DNA of 64,000 bases, taken from IMG/VR virus record IMGVR_UViG_3300045988_171725, positions 81,036-145,035 of that record; one strand, 5' to 3'. The notes beneath the pieces were generated by a model. The model searched no databases and had not been told where the DNA came from. It worked only from the letters and a program-made list of their open reading frames with translations. A program made the position numbers and the translations under genes. Below are positions 45,415 to 53,788 of this stretch, piece by piece. Position 1 is the stretch's first letter. Each line of letters starts with the position of its first letter. This DNA comes from a virus.

Positions 45415-46662
45415 ATGGTTTACGTAATTTCAAAAGAAAACAAACCTCTTATGCCCTGTTCTAATGTAATCGCAAGATTATTATTAAAACAAGGGAAAGC
45501 AAAAGTAAAAGGCAAACAACCGTTTACAATTAAATTGCTTTACGAAACAACTAATTATACTCAAGATTTAACGCTTGGGGTAGATACTGGCTCTGGAACA
45601 ATTGGCACAGCCGTTGCGACAGATAGCAGTAAAGTCGTTTATGTCTCTGAAGTGGTGGTTAGAAACGATATAACAAACAAAATGACACAACGTGCTAAAT
45701 ATCGCAGGAATAGAAGAAATAGAAAAACTCGTTACAGAAAAGAAAAGTTTCTTAATCGTAAGAACTCGATTAAAATTGATAGATTTAGCCCAACCATGGT
45801 AAGTAAATTGCATAGTCATGTTAAAGAAATCGAGTATATCAAATCTATTCTTCCTATAAAAACACTTGTTTTAGAAACTAGTCAATTCGATCCGCACCTT
45901 ATGCAAAATCCCGAACTAAAATATAAACCTTGGGGTTATCAAAAAGGTAAAAATTATGGTTTTGCAAATACTAAAGAAATGGTGTTGAGTCGTGATAATT
46001 ATACTTGTCAATATTGCAAAGGAAAACACAAAGACAGTAAACTTGAAGTTCATCATATAATTTATCGCAGCAATCACGGAAGTGACGATGAAAATAATCT
46101 TATAACTTTATGTCAAACTTGTCATAAATTGTTGCATAATGGAGAAATCAAATTAAACCTAAAGGGTAAATCCAAAGGAACACTAAAATATGCAACTCAG
46201 ATGAATTCCATAAGAAAACAATTGTTGAGAATTTATCCTGGGGCAATTGAAACATTCGGATTTGTTACAAAAGAGAATAGATTAAATATCAACGTTGATA
46301 AACACCATTATTTAGATGCTTGTGTAATTGCAACTGGCGGTAAAGAATTTCAAATATGTTGTAACATTTATAAGAAAAGATGTGTTTCTAAAGGTGATTT
46401 TCAGCAAACAAAAGGGGTTCGTTCTGAACAGAGATTGAACACAAAAAAGATTTGCGGGTTTAGAAAATTCGATAAAGTAAAATATTTCGGGAAAGAATAT
46501 TTTATCAAAGGAAGAATGTCGGCTGGGTATGCCGTTTTAATGGATATTGAAGGTAAAAAGATTAATTTTTCAGATATGCCAAAGGGACGCAAGTCGGTTA
46601 AGTTAAATAATTGTAAACGAATTTCAGCGAGAAAATCACAACTAATTACTCTTTATTCTTAA
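45415..46662 (+). CDS. iscB: IscB-like RNA-guided nuclease (copy 2, intact, 415 aa)
   Basis: AAGGAG RBS. PLMP N-terminus (VYVISKENKPLMPCSNVIARLLL). RuvC-I LGVDTGSGTIG, bridge RRNRRNRKTRYRKEKF, RuvC-II LVLETSQFD. HNH CQYCKG...VHHIIYRS...NNLITLCQTCH. RuvC-III HHYLDACV. Confidence 0.85.
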   Translation: MVYVISKENKPLMPCSNVIARLLLKQGKAKVKGKQPFTIKLLYETTNYTQDLTLGVDTGSGTIGTAVATDSSKVVYVSEVVVRNDITNKMTQRAKYRRNRRNRKTRYRKEKFLNRKNSIKIDRFSPTMVSKLHSHVKEIEYIKSILPIKTLVLETSQFDPHLMQNPELKYKPWGYQKGKNYGFANTKEMVLSRDNYTCQYCKGKHKDSKLEVHHIIYRSNHGSDDENNLITLCQTCHKLLHNGEIKLNLKGKSKGTLKYATQMNSIRKQLLRIYPGAIETFGFVTKENRLNINVDKHHYLDACVIATGGKEFQICCNIYKKRCVSKGDFQQTKGVRSEQRLNTKKICGFRKFDKVKYFGKEYFIKGRMSAGYAVLMDIEGKKINFSDMPKGRKSVKLNNCKRISARKSQLITLYS

Positions 46663-46774
46663 ATTTGTGAAGTTTAAATTTGACAAAATTATGTTATAAA
46701 AAAATAGAGAATTGATGTATAGCTAGCATCACACGCAGAGCTGGTCGTGCTCGACAAAAGAACCCAGCCCGTCA

Positions 46775-46851
46775 CGGGGTGTAGCGCAGCTTGATAGCGC
46801 GTTCGGTTTGGGGCCGAAAGGTCGGAAGTTTGAATCTTCTCACCCCGACCA
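46775..46851 (+). tRNA. tRNA-Pro (anticodon UGG), CCA encoded
   Basis: Hand-folded cloverleaf: acceptor CGGGGTG/CACCCCG, D stem GCGC/GCGC, anticodon arm TTCGG-TTTGGGG-CCGAA, T arm GGAAG-TTTGAAT-CTTCT, then A-CCA. 77 nt. Confidence 0.8.
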
Positions 46852-46858
46852 TCGCTGC

Positions 46859-46883
46859 GTCGGTTCGAACCCGACCAATGATT
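46859..46883 (+). other. Orphan tRNA 3' half (T arm plus 3' acceptor strand) with no matching 5' half
   Basis: GTCGG-TTCGAAC-CCGAC followed by CAATGAT. No complementary ATCATTG, D arm or anticodon arm upstream. Confidence 0.5.
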
Positions 46884-46918
46884 GCAGGGAACGGCAATTA
46901 TAGTGGATAGCGGCACGT

Positions 46919-46995
46919 GCACTCATCGCCTAAACGGAATAAGGCTTCGGATTTGTAACCCGAGGATGCGGAATCATACTCCGCTGAGTGCTCCA
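46919..46995 (+). tRNA. tRNA-Thr (anticodon UGU) with atypical T loop, CCA encoded
   Basis: Acceptor GCACTCA/TGAGTGC, D stem GCCT/AGGC, anticodon arm TCGGA-TTTGTAA-CCCGA (one A-C mismatch). T arm GCGGA-ATCATAC-TCCGC, then T-CCA. 77 nt. Confidence 0.6.
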
Positions 46996-47065
46996 GTGAG
47001 TTGTTGAATGTCAACATCATTCAGTCGATTGGAAATAATTTGGCGATTGTTTCCAAAATATTTTT

Positions 47066-47103
47066 AGAAACCGTGTTATTTTGCTTGACACGGTTTCTTT
47101 TTT
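47066..47103 (+). terminator. Rho-independent terminator after the tRNA cluster, overlapping promoter P9
   Basis: 10-bp perfect stem AGAAACCGTG (47066-47075) / CACGGTTTCT (47089-47098), then TTTTT. Confidence 0.8.
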
Positions 47104-47113
47104 GTGTTATAAT
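47085..47113 (+). promoter_or_regulatory. Sigma70-type promoter P9
   Basis: TTGACA at 47085-47090 and TATAAT at 47108-47113, 17-bp spacer, TG at 47105-47106. Confidence 0.7.
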
Positions 47114-47134
47114 AATCACATATAGGAGGTAGCT

Positions 47135-48037
47135 ATGGGAAATTTCATTTTAGTAATGGGTTTATCAGGAAGCGGAAAATCATATTGGACAAATAACGTT
47201 GCCGATGATGAGGGCATGGTCATTTTGTCGAGCGACGCGCTTCGGAAAGAATTTTACGGCGACGAAAATATTCAAGATAACCCCGCCTTTATATTCGAGC
47301 AAATGCGTATAAGAACGTTACAGGCGTTAAAAGAAGGTAAAAGCGTTACTTACGACGCGACTAACCTCAGCTCGAAGCGTCGTAAGGCGTTGTTGAAGCA
47401 ATTGCCCAAAGATGTTTATAAAATCTGTCATTGTATTATTACGCCCCTCGAAAAATGTATCGAGAACGATTCAAAAAGAGAAAGGCACGTTTCGGAGCGC
47501 GTAATTATGCGGCAGTTGGAGCAATTCGAGGTGCCGTGGTTTGATGAGGGTTGGGATACAATTTTCGTGATAAAACCATTTGGCGACGCCCCGTTAAAAG
47601 TCAATCTCAATGTAATGCACGATTGTTCGAAATATCACAAAAACGACACGATCAATAATCATATCGCAAGGGTTATACAAGCGGTCGCATTGAAGCCGAA
47701 TGTTGAAAAAGGCGATCGCGATGTTCTTCTCGAGGTAGCGTGGTTTCATGATATTGGGAAACCGTATACAAAAACCTTTTATGACAAAAAAGGAAAGCTC
47801 GGAGAAAACGCTCATTATTATAACCACGAAAACGTGGGTGCTTATTTATATATGGTTTCACATGTAGAAGGGGCGGCTTACGGAGATAGAGAAAATATGT
47901 ATAACGACCTTTTTCTCGCGTGGCTTATCAATAACCATATGATTATCTGGAATAATCAAAAAAGATATAATTCATTTAACGAACATATCAAACATTTACT
48001 TAAAATATTCGGCGAATGTGACAAGGAGGGTGCTTAA
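47135..48037 (+). CDS. Polynucleotide 5'-kinase (T4 Pnk-like P-loop) fused to an HD-domain phosphohydrolase
   Basis: GLSGSGKS Walker A. YDATNLSSKRR and NDSKRERHVSERV parallel T4 Pnk (SDTNLNPERR, RNSKRGTKAVP). C-terminal HD signature WFHDIGKP...HENVGAYL. Confidence 0.6.
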   Translation: MGNFILVMGLSGSGKSYWTNNVADDEGMVILSSDALRKEFYGDENIQDNPAFIFEQMRIRTLQALKEGKSVTYDATNLSSKRRKALLKQLPKDVYKICHCIITPLEKCIENDSKRERHVSERVIMRQLEQFEVPWFDEGWDTIFVIKPFGDAPLKVNLNVMHDCSKYHKNDTINNHIARVIQAVALKPNVEKGDRDVLLEVAWFHDIGKPYTKTFYDKKGKLGENAHYYNHENVGAYLYMVSHVEGAAYGDRENMYNDLFLAWLINNHMIIWNNQKRYNSFNEHIKHLLKIFGECDKEGA

Positions 48038-48039
48038 GG

Positions 48040-48924
48040 TTGTATATGGGATTTATTTATAAAATAACAAATTTAGTAAATAATAAAATTTATATAGGTC
48101 AAACCTCATTAACTATACGCAAGAGATGGGAAACGCATATAAAAAATGCAAAAGCGCATACTAATAGATATTTATATGATGCGATGAATCATTATGGTTA
48201 TAACAATTTTGTAATTGAACAAATAGAAGAATGTGCAAAAGAAGACCTCGATAATAGAGAAAAATATTGGATATCTTTTTATAATTCGACAGATCCCAAT
48301 ATAGGATATAATCTAACAGCAGGTGGCGGCGGTGGTAATACCTGGGTATTAAACCCACATAAAAGAGAGACTCTTGAGAAGTCTCGTATGACTAAAGCAA
48401 AAGAAAGCTATGTTCCAATAACAAAGGAATCTTTATTAGCTGATATTGAAAATAAATTAACTATAAAAGCAGTGTGTGAAAAATATCACTGTAATGGGCA
48501 AACAATTAAAGCATATTCAATGTTGTTTTTTGGTGAAATAATTTCTAAACTAAGAGTTGTTGAAAATAGTGGGGTTTTTAAAAAAAAAGAAGTTGATAAA
48601 AATCAATTGTATTCTGATATTATAGAAAATAAATTAAGCGTAAAAAATCTTGCTAAAAAATATAATATGGCTGCAAACACACTTAATAATAGATGTATAG
48701 AATTGTTTGGTGATACAATAATGAATTTACGTCAAAGAAAATATATAATTTTCAAAACTATTCAAGATGAAGAACGGTTAAAAGAAGAAACTTTATCTGG
48801 AAAGAAATTAGACGAAATTGCACATATTTTTAATATGTCAAAAAATACATTAGTTACAAGATTGAAAGAGATGTATAATATGAATTTTAAGGAGTATAGA
48901 AATTATGTTAAATCCAAAAACTAA
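48040..48924 (+). CDS. GIY-YIG homing endonuclease with three C-terminal HTH-like repeats
   Basis: GFIYKITNLVNNKIYIGQT...RKRWETH...REKYWI...GYNLTAGG. AT-rich. The start is TTG at 48040 or ATG at 48046. Confidence 0.75.
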   Translation: MYMGFIYKITNLVNNKIYIGQTSLTIRKRWETHIKNAKAHTNRYLYDAMNHYGYNNFVIEQIEECAKEDLDNREKYWISFYNSTDPNIGYNLTAGGGGGNTWVLNPHKRETLEKSRMTKAKESYVPITKESLLADIENKLTIKAVCEKYHCNGQTIKAYSMLFFGEIISKLRVVENSGVFKKKEVDKNQLYSDIIENKLSVKNLAKKYNMAANTLNNRCIELFGDTIMNLRQRKYIIFKTIQDEERLKEETLSGKKLDEIAHIFNMSKNTLVTRLKEMYNMNFKEYRNYVKSKN

Positions 48925-50136
48925 TCAACGGGAATTGGCTTATATAACGACAATACAAGAAATACGAGATCTTCCTGGATATGATAAAGTAGAATACGCA
49001 AGAGTAATCAATTGGTGGTGTGTTGTAAGAAAAGGCACTTACAAAGTAGGTGATTTATGCGTTTATTTTGAAATTGATTCAAAAGTGCCAGCAGAAAATC
49101 CCGTGTTTGATTTTATGTCTAAATATAAATACAGAATTAAAACACAGAAGCTCTGCAAAGTTTTATCACAGGGTTTAATTATGACGCTTGAAGAATTAGG
49201 ACTTAAAGATGTAAAAGAAGGGGAATTCTTAACAAAAAAACTCGGCGTTACATATTATGAAGCCGAAGATAATGTACGCAAAGCAAATAATAAAGAATTG
49301 ATTGCAATGAAGGTTGCAAAAAGAATGGAAGTATGGGGAAAGAAACACAAATTCCTTTCGCGATCCAAATTTTTCTGTAATCTACGTAAAAAACTTTTTG
49401 AAAAACAAATAAAAAAGGAGCCCAAAAGAAAAAGAAAACCAACTGGCCGTGTTGGGTAAAAAAGACGGATGAAGATAGATGCCAAAACTTACCCCAACTT
49501 TTCACGGAACCACTTAACGAGACGCATTGGATTGCGACGGAAAAAATCGACGGGACGTCAACAACTTTCACAATGCTTCAGGCGAAGAAAAGGAAAAGAC
49601 ACGCAATCATATGTTCTCGAAACGTCGTATTCGACACACCACAGGCAAATGAGAAGAATTATTATAAAGACACCGACGGGAATGTTTATGTCGAAATGTT
49701 TGAAAAATACGATATCAATGCGGTTTTAAACCACATTTTGGATAAACATCCTGAATATGAGTTTATAACAATTCAGGGCGAAACATATGGCGGGACAATA
49801 CAAAAACGAAGATATTGCAAAGAACACAGACTCGCAATCTTTAATGTCATCTTTAAAACAAAGAAGCTGGAACCGATTAGACTTAACCCGATTGAAATGT
49901 GCGATTTTGTTGGTCAAATAAACAAAGAACTGCAAACGGGAAATAAACTCGAATGCGTGCCGATAATATGCGAAGATTTCGTTTTACCGACGACGTGTGA
50001 AATGTTGCTTGCATACGCAGACGACGCGTCCGAAATTGACGGTGAAATGAGAGAAGGTCTCGTGTTCAGAAGTCGTGATGGTAAATTGAGTTTCAAAGCC
50101 GTTTCCAATAAATTCTTAGAAAAATACCACGGGTGA
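48905..50136 (+). CDS. RNA ligase (nucleotidyltransferase with KxDG motif) in two frames; needs a -1 shift at A_AAA_AAG (49411-49417)
   Basis: Frame A (48905-49459) encodes an N-terminal domain (GYDKVEYARVINWWCVVRKGTYKVGDLCVYFEIDS). Frame A-1 is open from 49402 and encodes WPCWVKKTDEDRCQN, then the motif I lysine in ATEKIDGTS and the rest of the enzyme. Confidence 0.6.
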
Positions 50137-50141
50137 ATCAA

Positions 50142-52493
50142 ATGGAAAACCAGGAAAACCAAAACAAAATTACGGGTTATTGCGTTCCGACGCGCTTAAT
50201 TTACCCGAAAGTCCCGATCGAAGAGTTCGTCCCAGGAAGTTGGGGGCTTCTCGAAGTCGATGTGGGGCAGATATTACAAGGGTCATTCCCAGCGGGATTC
50301 AGCAAAAATGGTTGGTTCCCGACGGTCGTGTTTAAAGGGGCACTCCCGCCGATCGACACTGAGAAAACGTATTACTTCGAGATCGAAATGGTCGCGGACG
50401 CAAAAAGCCCATATAAGGTCGGTTTTAACGTTTTGTTCATGACACAGAAAGTTCGCTTGACAAAGTTCGAAGAGCAGAAACTCTTCCTCGAAAGCATTTT
50501 GACCGAGCACCAAATCGACATTTTATACGAAGAACTCATCGATCCGTTCGAAGCAATCGACAGCGGGGATTTGTTCTTGCTTTCGACCGTAAAAGGGATT
50601 GGCGAGAAAACAGCAGAGAAGATTATCGAAACATATAACCGCACCAAAAAGGACGCGAACGCTTTCCTCGTTCTCCGAGAAGAGTTCGGATTAACCGACG
50701 CGGCGGTAACAAAGCTCCAACAGCGTTACCTCTCGACCGATACGATAATCGTGAAGCTTCGAGAAAACCCATATGAGTTGATGACCCTCGATGGTTACGG
50801 CTTCAAAAAGTGTGACGCGCTCGCGCTCAAAGGCGGAATGGCAAAAGACGCGAAATTCAGAATTCGCGCTTACGTTACGCATTTTCTGACCGAGCAAGCT
50901 GAGACGGAGGGGAATTCGTGGATTTATCTCCGCGACCTTTTGCACGGGGTCGTTGAGTTCGTGCCATCGATAAAGAAGGAAGTTTTCGCTGAATGGCTCA
51001 AAGAATGGACAGGAAGAATTGAATCAGACGAACCCGAATTCTTGTATTACGACGAAGAGCAAAAGCGGATCGGGTTGAAGCATTACCGCGAACTTGAAGA
51101 AAACATTACCGACGAAATTTTCAGGCTTCTCGACGCGCCGAAGAAAAACCTCTCGAAATGCCGTTACACAATCGAGGACGCGATAAGAGATTGCGAGGCG
51201 GATAATGGCTGGGAATATACCGACGAACAAAAGGCGGCAATTCGAGGATGTTTGGAAAATAATATTACGATAATAACAGCAAAAGCGGGAAGTGGTAAAA
51301 GTGCTTCGGTTCAACCTATTACTCGTTTCTGTCTTGCTAACGGTTTATTTGTTGCGCAAACAGCATTATCGGGAAGGGCGGCTTCAAATCTCTCTGAAAT
51401 TACAAACATTGAGGGGAAGACGATCCATCGTCTTTTGTGCTATAATCCAAAGGTTGGATTTACTCACAACAAAGAAAACCCTATTATAGAAGACATCGTA
51501 ATTATAGATGAAATGTCGATGAACGATAATGAGTTACTATACAATCTGTTACAAGCTATACCGAATGGCTGTAAAATTATAATGTTGGGCGATATTGCGC
51601 AATTACCATCTTTATCTGTAGGTTGTGCGTTTAAAGATTTAATAGAAACTAACGTTGTTCTATGTTACCGTTTAACTAAAATACACAGACAATCACAAAA
51701 ATCTGCTATCGTAACAGATTCAATTAAAATTTCCAATGGGATACAAATAATAAAAAAAGAACCAGTTTCGGAAATTCGTGGTGAATTACAAGATTTAAAA
51801 ATTGTCACATATAAAAATATAGATGAATCCCGTTCAAAATTTCTTAGAGAATATAAAACTTTATTAGATCGCGGGATTAGTTTTCAAGAAATCATCGGAG
51901 TCGTTCCTATGAAAAATAGAGGACCGATGTCTTGCTTGTCATTAAATAATGATATACAAAAATTTGTGAACCCAGATAAAGCTCTCCCCTTTATTAATTT
52001 GGCTGCAAATAAAACAGAATATTATGTTATAAAACTCGGTGACAGAGTTATTAACCGAAAAAATCATTATGACACAATTACTCTTGCTGAATATAATAAA
52101 AGCAAAAATATAAAAAGTAATAACGTAGAACCAATCTATAATGGGAATCTTGGAATTGTTACAGCTATAAAAGATGAATATATTGTAATCGACTTCAAAC
52201 AACAAGGTAAAATTGTGGTAAGGCGTGAATATTGGCAAGATATTATGCTGGGGTATGTAGTAACAGCCCATAGTTTTCAAGGTTCACAATCGCCTTATGT
52301 TGTTGTTGGTATAGATATGAGCGCATATATGCTTTTAAATAGAGAGTGGGAATATACAGCTATAACCAGAGCAAAAAAATATTGTGTTTTTGTAGGACAA
52401 ATTTCAGCAATTCAAAAAGCCACATCGATAAATAAGACTTATATAAGACAAAATTGGTTGAAGGAGTTATTAAATGAGAGAAATAGAGAGTAA
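50142..52493 (+). CDS. RecD-like SF1 DNA helicase (AAA_30/UvrD_C-type) with N-terminal HhH region
   Basis: GIGEKTAEKII (HhH), Walker A TAKAGSGKS, Walker B IVIIDEMSM, TAHSFQGSQSPYVVV, YTAITRAKKYCVFVG. Confidence 0.8.
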   Translation: MENQENQNKITGYCVPTRLIYPKVPIEEFVPGSWGLLEVDVGQILQGSFPAGFSKNGWFPTVVFKGALPPIDTEKTYYFEIEMVADAKSPYKVGFNVLFMTQKVRLTKFEEQKLFLESILTEHQIDILYEELIDPFEAIDSGDLFLLSTVKGIGEKTAEKIIETYNRTKKDANAFLVLREEFGLTDAAVTKLQQRYLSTDTIIVKLRENPYELMTLDGYGFKKCDALALKGGMAKDAKFRIRAYVTHFLTEQAETEGNSWIYLRDLLHGVVEFVPSIKKEVFAEWLKEWTGRIESDEPEFLYYDEEQKRIGLKHYRELEENITDEIFRLLDAPKKNLSKCRYTIEDAIRDCEADNGWEYTDEQKAAIRGCLENNITIITAKAGSGKSASVQPITRFCLANGLFVAQTALSGRAASNLSEITNIEGKTIHRLLCYNPKVGFTHNKENPIIEDIVIIDEMSMNDNELLYNLLQAIPNGCKIIMLGDIAQLPSLSVGCAFKDLIETNVVLCYRLTKIHRQSQKSAIVTDSIKISNGIQIIKKEPVSEIRGELQDLKIVTYKNIDESRSKFLREYKTLLDRGISFQEIIGVVPMKNRGPMSCLSLNNDIQKFVNPDKALPFINLAANKTEYYVIKLGDRVINRKNHYDTITLAEYNKSKNIKSNNVEPIYNGNLGIVTAIKDEYIVIDFKQQGKIVVRREYWQDIMLGYVVTAHSFQGSQSPYVVVGIDMSAYMLLNREWEYTAITRAKKYCVFVGQISAIQKATSINKTYIRQNWLKELLNERNRE

Positions 52494-53397
52494 TTTAATA
52501 GGTAAGGTTTTTGGAAAACTAACTGTGTTCAATTACAAAGTTGGTAAAAATGGCGGTATTAGATGCGACTGTAGATGTGAATGTGGGAATGAGAAAAAAG
52601 ATATTCCCATTGGGGATCTAATTAACAAACACGATACGTCTTGTGGTTGTGCAAGGATAAAATATAAAGAAGATTTAACGGGTAGAACAGTTAATCACTT
52701 AACCGTAATAGGCATTGGGGAACCTCGTGTCGGAAAGGATGGATATAAACACAAAAGATGGGTTTGCAAATGTGAATGCGGTAATATTATAAATGTTGAA
52801 CCAGCGAGATTAATAAACGGCACGATAAAATCTTGTGGGTGTAAAACAAATGAAATAATCTCCAAAACATTAAAAAAATACAATAAATATGAGTTTTTTG
52901 AAGATTATGTTGTTGGTTATACTTCAAATCATAATCTTCCATTTTATGTAGATTTGGACGACTATGAAAAAATAAAAGATATATGTTGGATCGATTTTGT
53001 TCGAGGTGGGATGACGGTTTTACTTGGAACAACTGTTAAAACTGATAGTGGCACAAAATCTGGCGTACCAATGCACCGTTTTTTAGGATATAAAAATTAC
53101 GATCATATAGATAGAAATGAATTAAACAATCGTAAATCAAACTTACGTCCATGCACTGCATTAGAAAACAGCAGGAATAAGAGTTTGTTAAAAAGCAATA
53201 AAAGCGGAGTAGCTGGTGTTTGGTGGAATCAAAAAAGATCAAAATGGGAAGCTTCCATAATTATAAAGCGCGTTAAAAAACATCTTGGGCGTTTTGATGA
53301 TAAAGAAGAAGCAACGATTGCACGATTAAAGGCTGAGAAAGAATATTTTGGGGAATTCGCTCCGCAAAGACATTTGTTTGCTCAATATGGAATTTAG
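52474..53397 (+). CDS. HNH + AP2-domain homing endonuclease
   Basis: YDHIDRNELNNRKSNLR (HNH), then SGVAGVWWNQKRSKWEASI...LGRFDDKEEA (AP2). Paralogous in architecture to 18817..19785. Confidence 0.75.
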   Translation: MREIESNLIGKVFGKLTVFNYKVGKNGGIRCDCRCECGNEKKDIPIGDLINKHDTSCGCARIKYKEDLTGRTVNHLTVIGIGEPRVGKDGYKHKRWVCKCECGNIINVEPARLINGTIKSCGCKTNEIISKTLKKYNKYEFFEDYVVGYTSNHNLPFYVDLDDYEKIKDICWIDFVRGGMTVLLGTTVKTDSGTKSGVPMHRFLGYKNYDHIDRNELNNRKSNLRPCTALENSRNKSLLKSNKSGVAGVWWNQKRSKWEASIIIKRVKKHLGRFDDKEEATIARLKAEKEYFGEFAPQRHLFAQYGI

Positions 53398-53460
53398 CCG
53401 CGTTTCAGTCAAACAAACGTGGCTTAAAGAACTGTTATTAAAAAAGGGAGGTGAAAATAA

Positions 53461-53682
53461 ATGAGATATAGAAGTAGCGGTAGCAGCAGTAGCAGTATTG
53501 GGTTTAGCCTTACAACCATCGCGTTTATTTTGTCAATGATTTTCATGGTTTTGAAATTTTGTGGTAAAATAGCTTGGTCGTGGGTTATGGTTTTTCTTCC
53601 GCTTATTATTTCGGTCGGAATTGACATTGTTGTGATTTTGGTCGCAATAATTATTTTTGTAATTTCTAACTTTAAAGGGTAG
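53461..53682 (+). CDS. Small membrane protein (73 aa, two or three TM helices)
   Basis: GGGAGGTG RBS. Ser-rich N-terminus followed by hydrophobic stretches. Confidence 0.55.
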   Translation: MRYRSSGSSSSSIGFSLTTIAFILSMIFMVLKFCGKIAWSWVMVFLPLIISVGIDIVVILVAIIIFVISNFKG

Positions 53683-53689
53683 AAAATGC

Positions 53690-53718
53690 TTGACAAATGG
53701 GCTCGAGTATGTTATAAT
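53690..53718 (+). promoter_or_regulatory. Sigma70-type promoter P10
   Basis: TTGACA at 53690-53695 and TATAAT at 53713-53718, 17-bp spacer, TG at 53710-53711. Confidence 0.7.
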
Positions 53719-53788
53719 ACAGTCGAAAATCATATAATAAAATTGTGATTTTATTTAATGAAAAATCGCCAAAAAAAAGAGAAACGAA

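Noticed and set aside
46680-46700. TTGACA...TGTTATAAA upstream of the tRNA cluster as a 15th consensus promoter
   Set aside because: The spacer between the boxes is only 9 bp, against an invariant 17 bp elsewhere. The -10 is TATAAA. It looks like a deleted copy, and any activity would rely on the extended -10 alone.
49469-49729. Track ORF 49469-49729 (86 aa) and internal-Met ORF 49573-50136 as independent genes
   Set aside because: 49469-49729 is an alternate frame across the ligase catalytic region, with arginine-rich nonsense-like sequence. 49573 is merely the first Met in a frame that is open from 49402 and already encodes conserved ligase motifs upstream of it.
53396-53424. 10-bp hairpin AGCCGCGTTT...AAACGTGGCT after the HNH-AP2 gene as a terminator
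   Set aside because: It is not followed by a T-run (TAAAGAAC follows). It could still be an RNA stability element, but I cannot call it a terminator.
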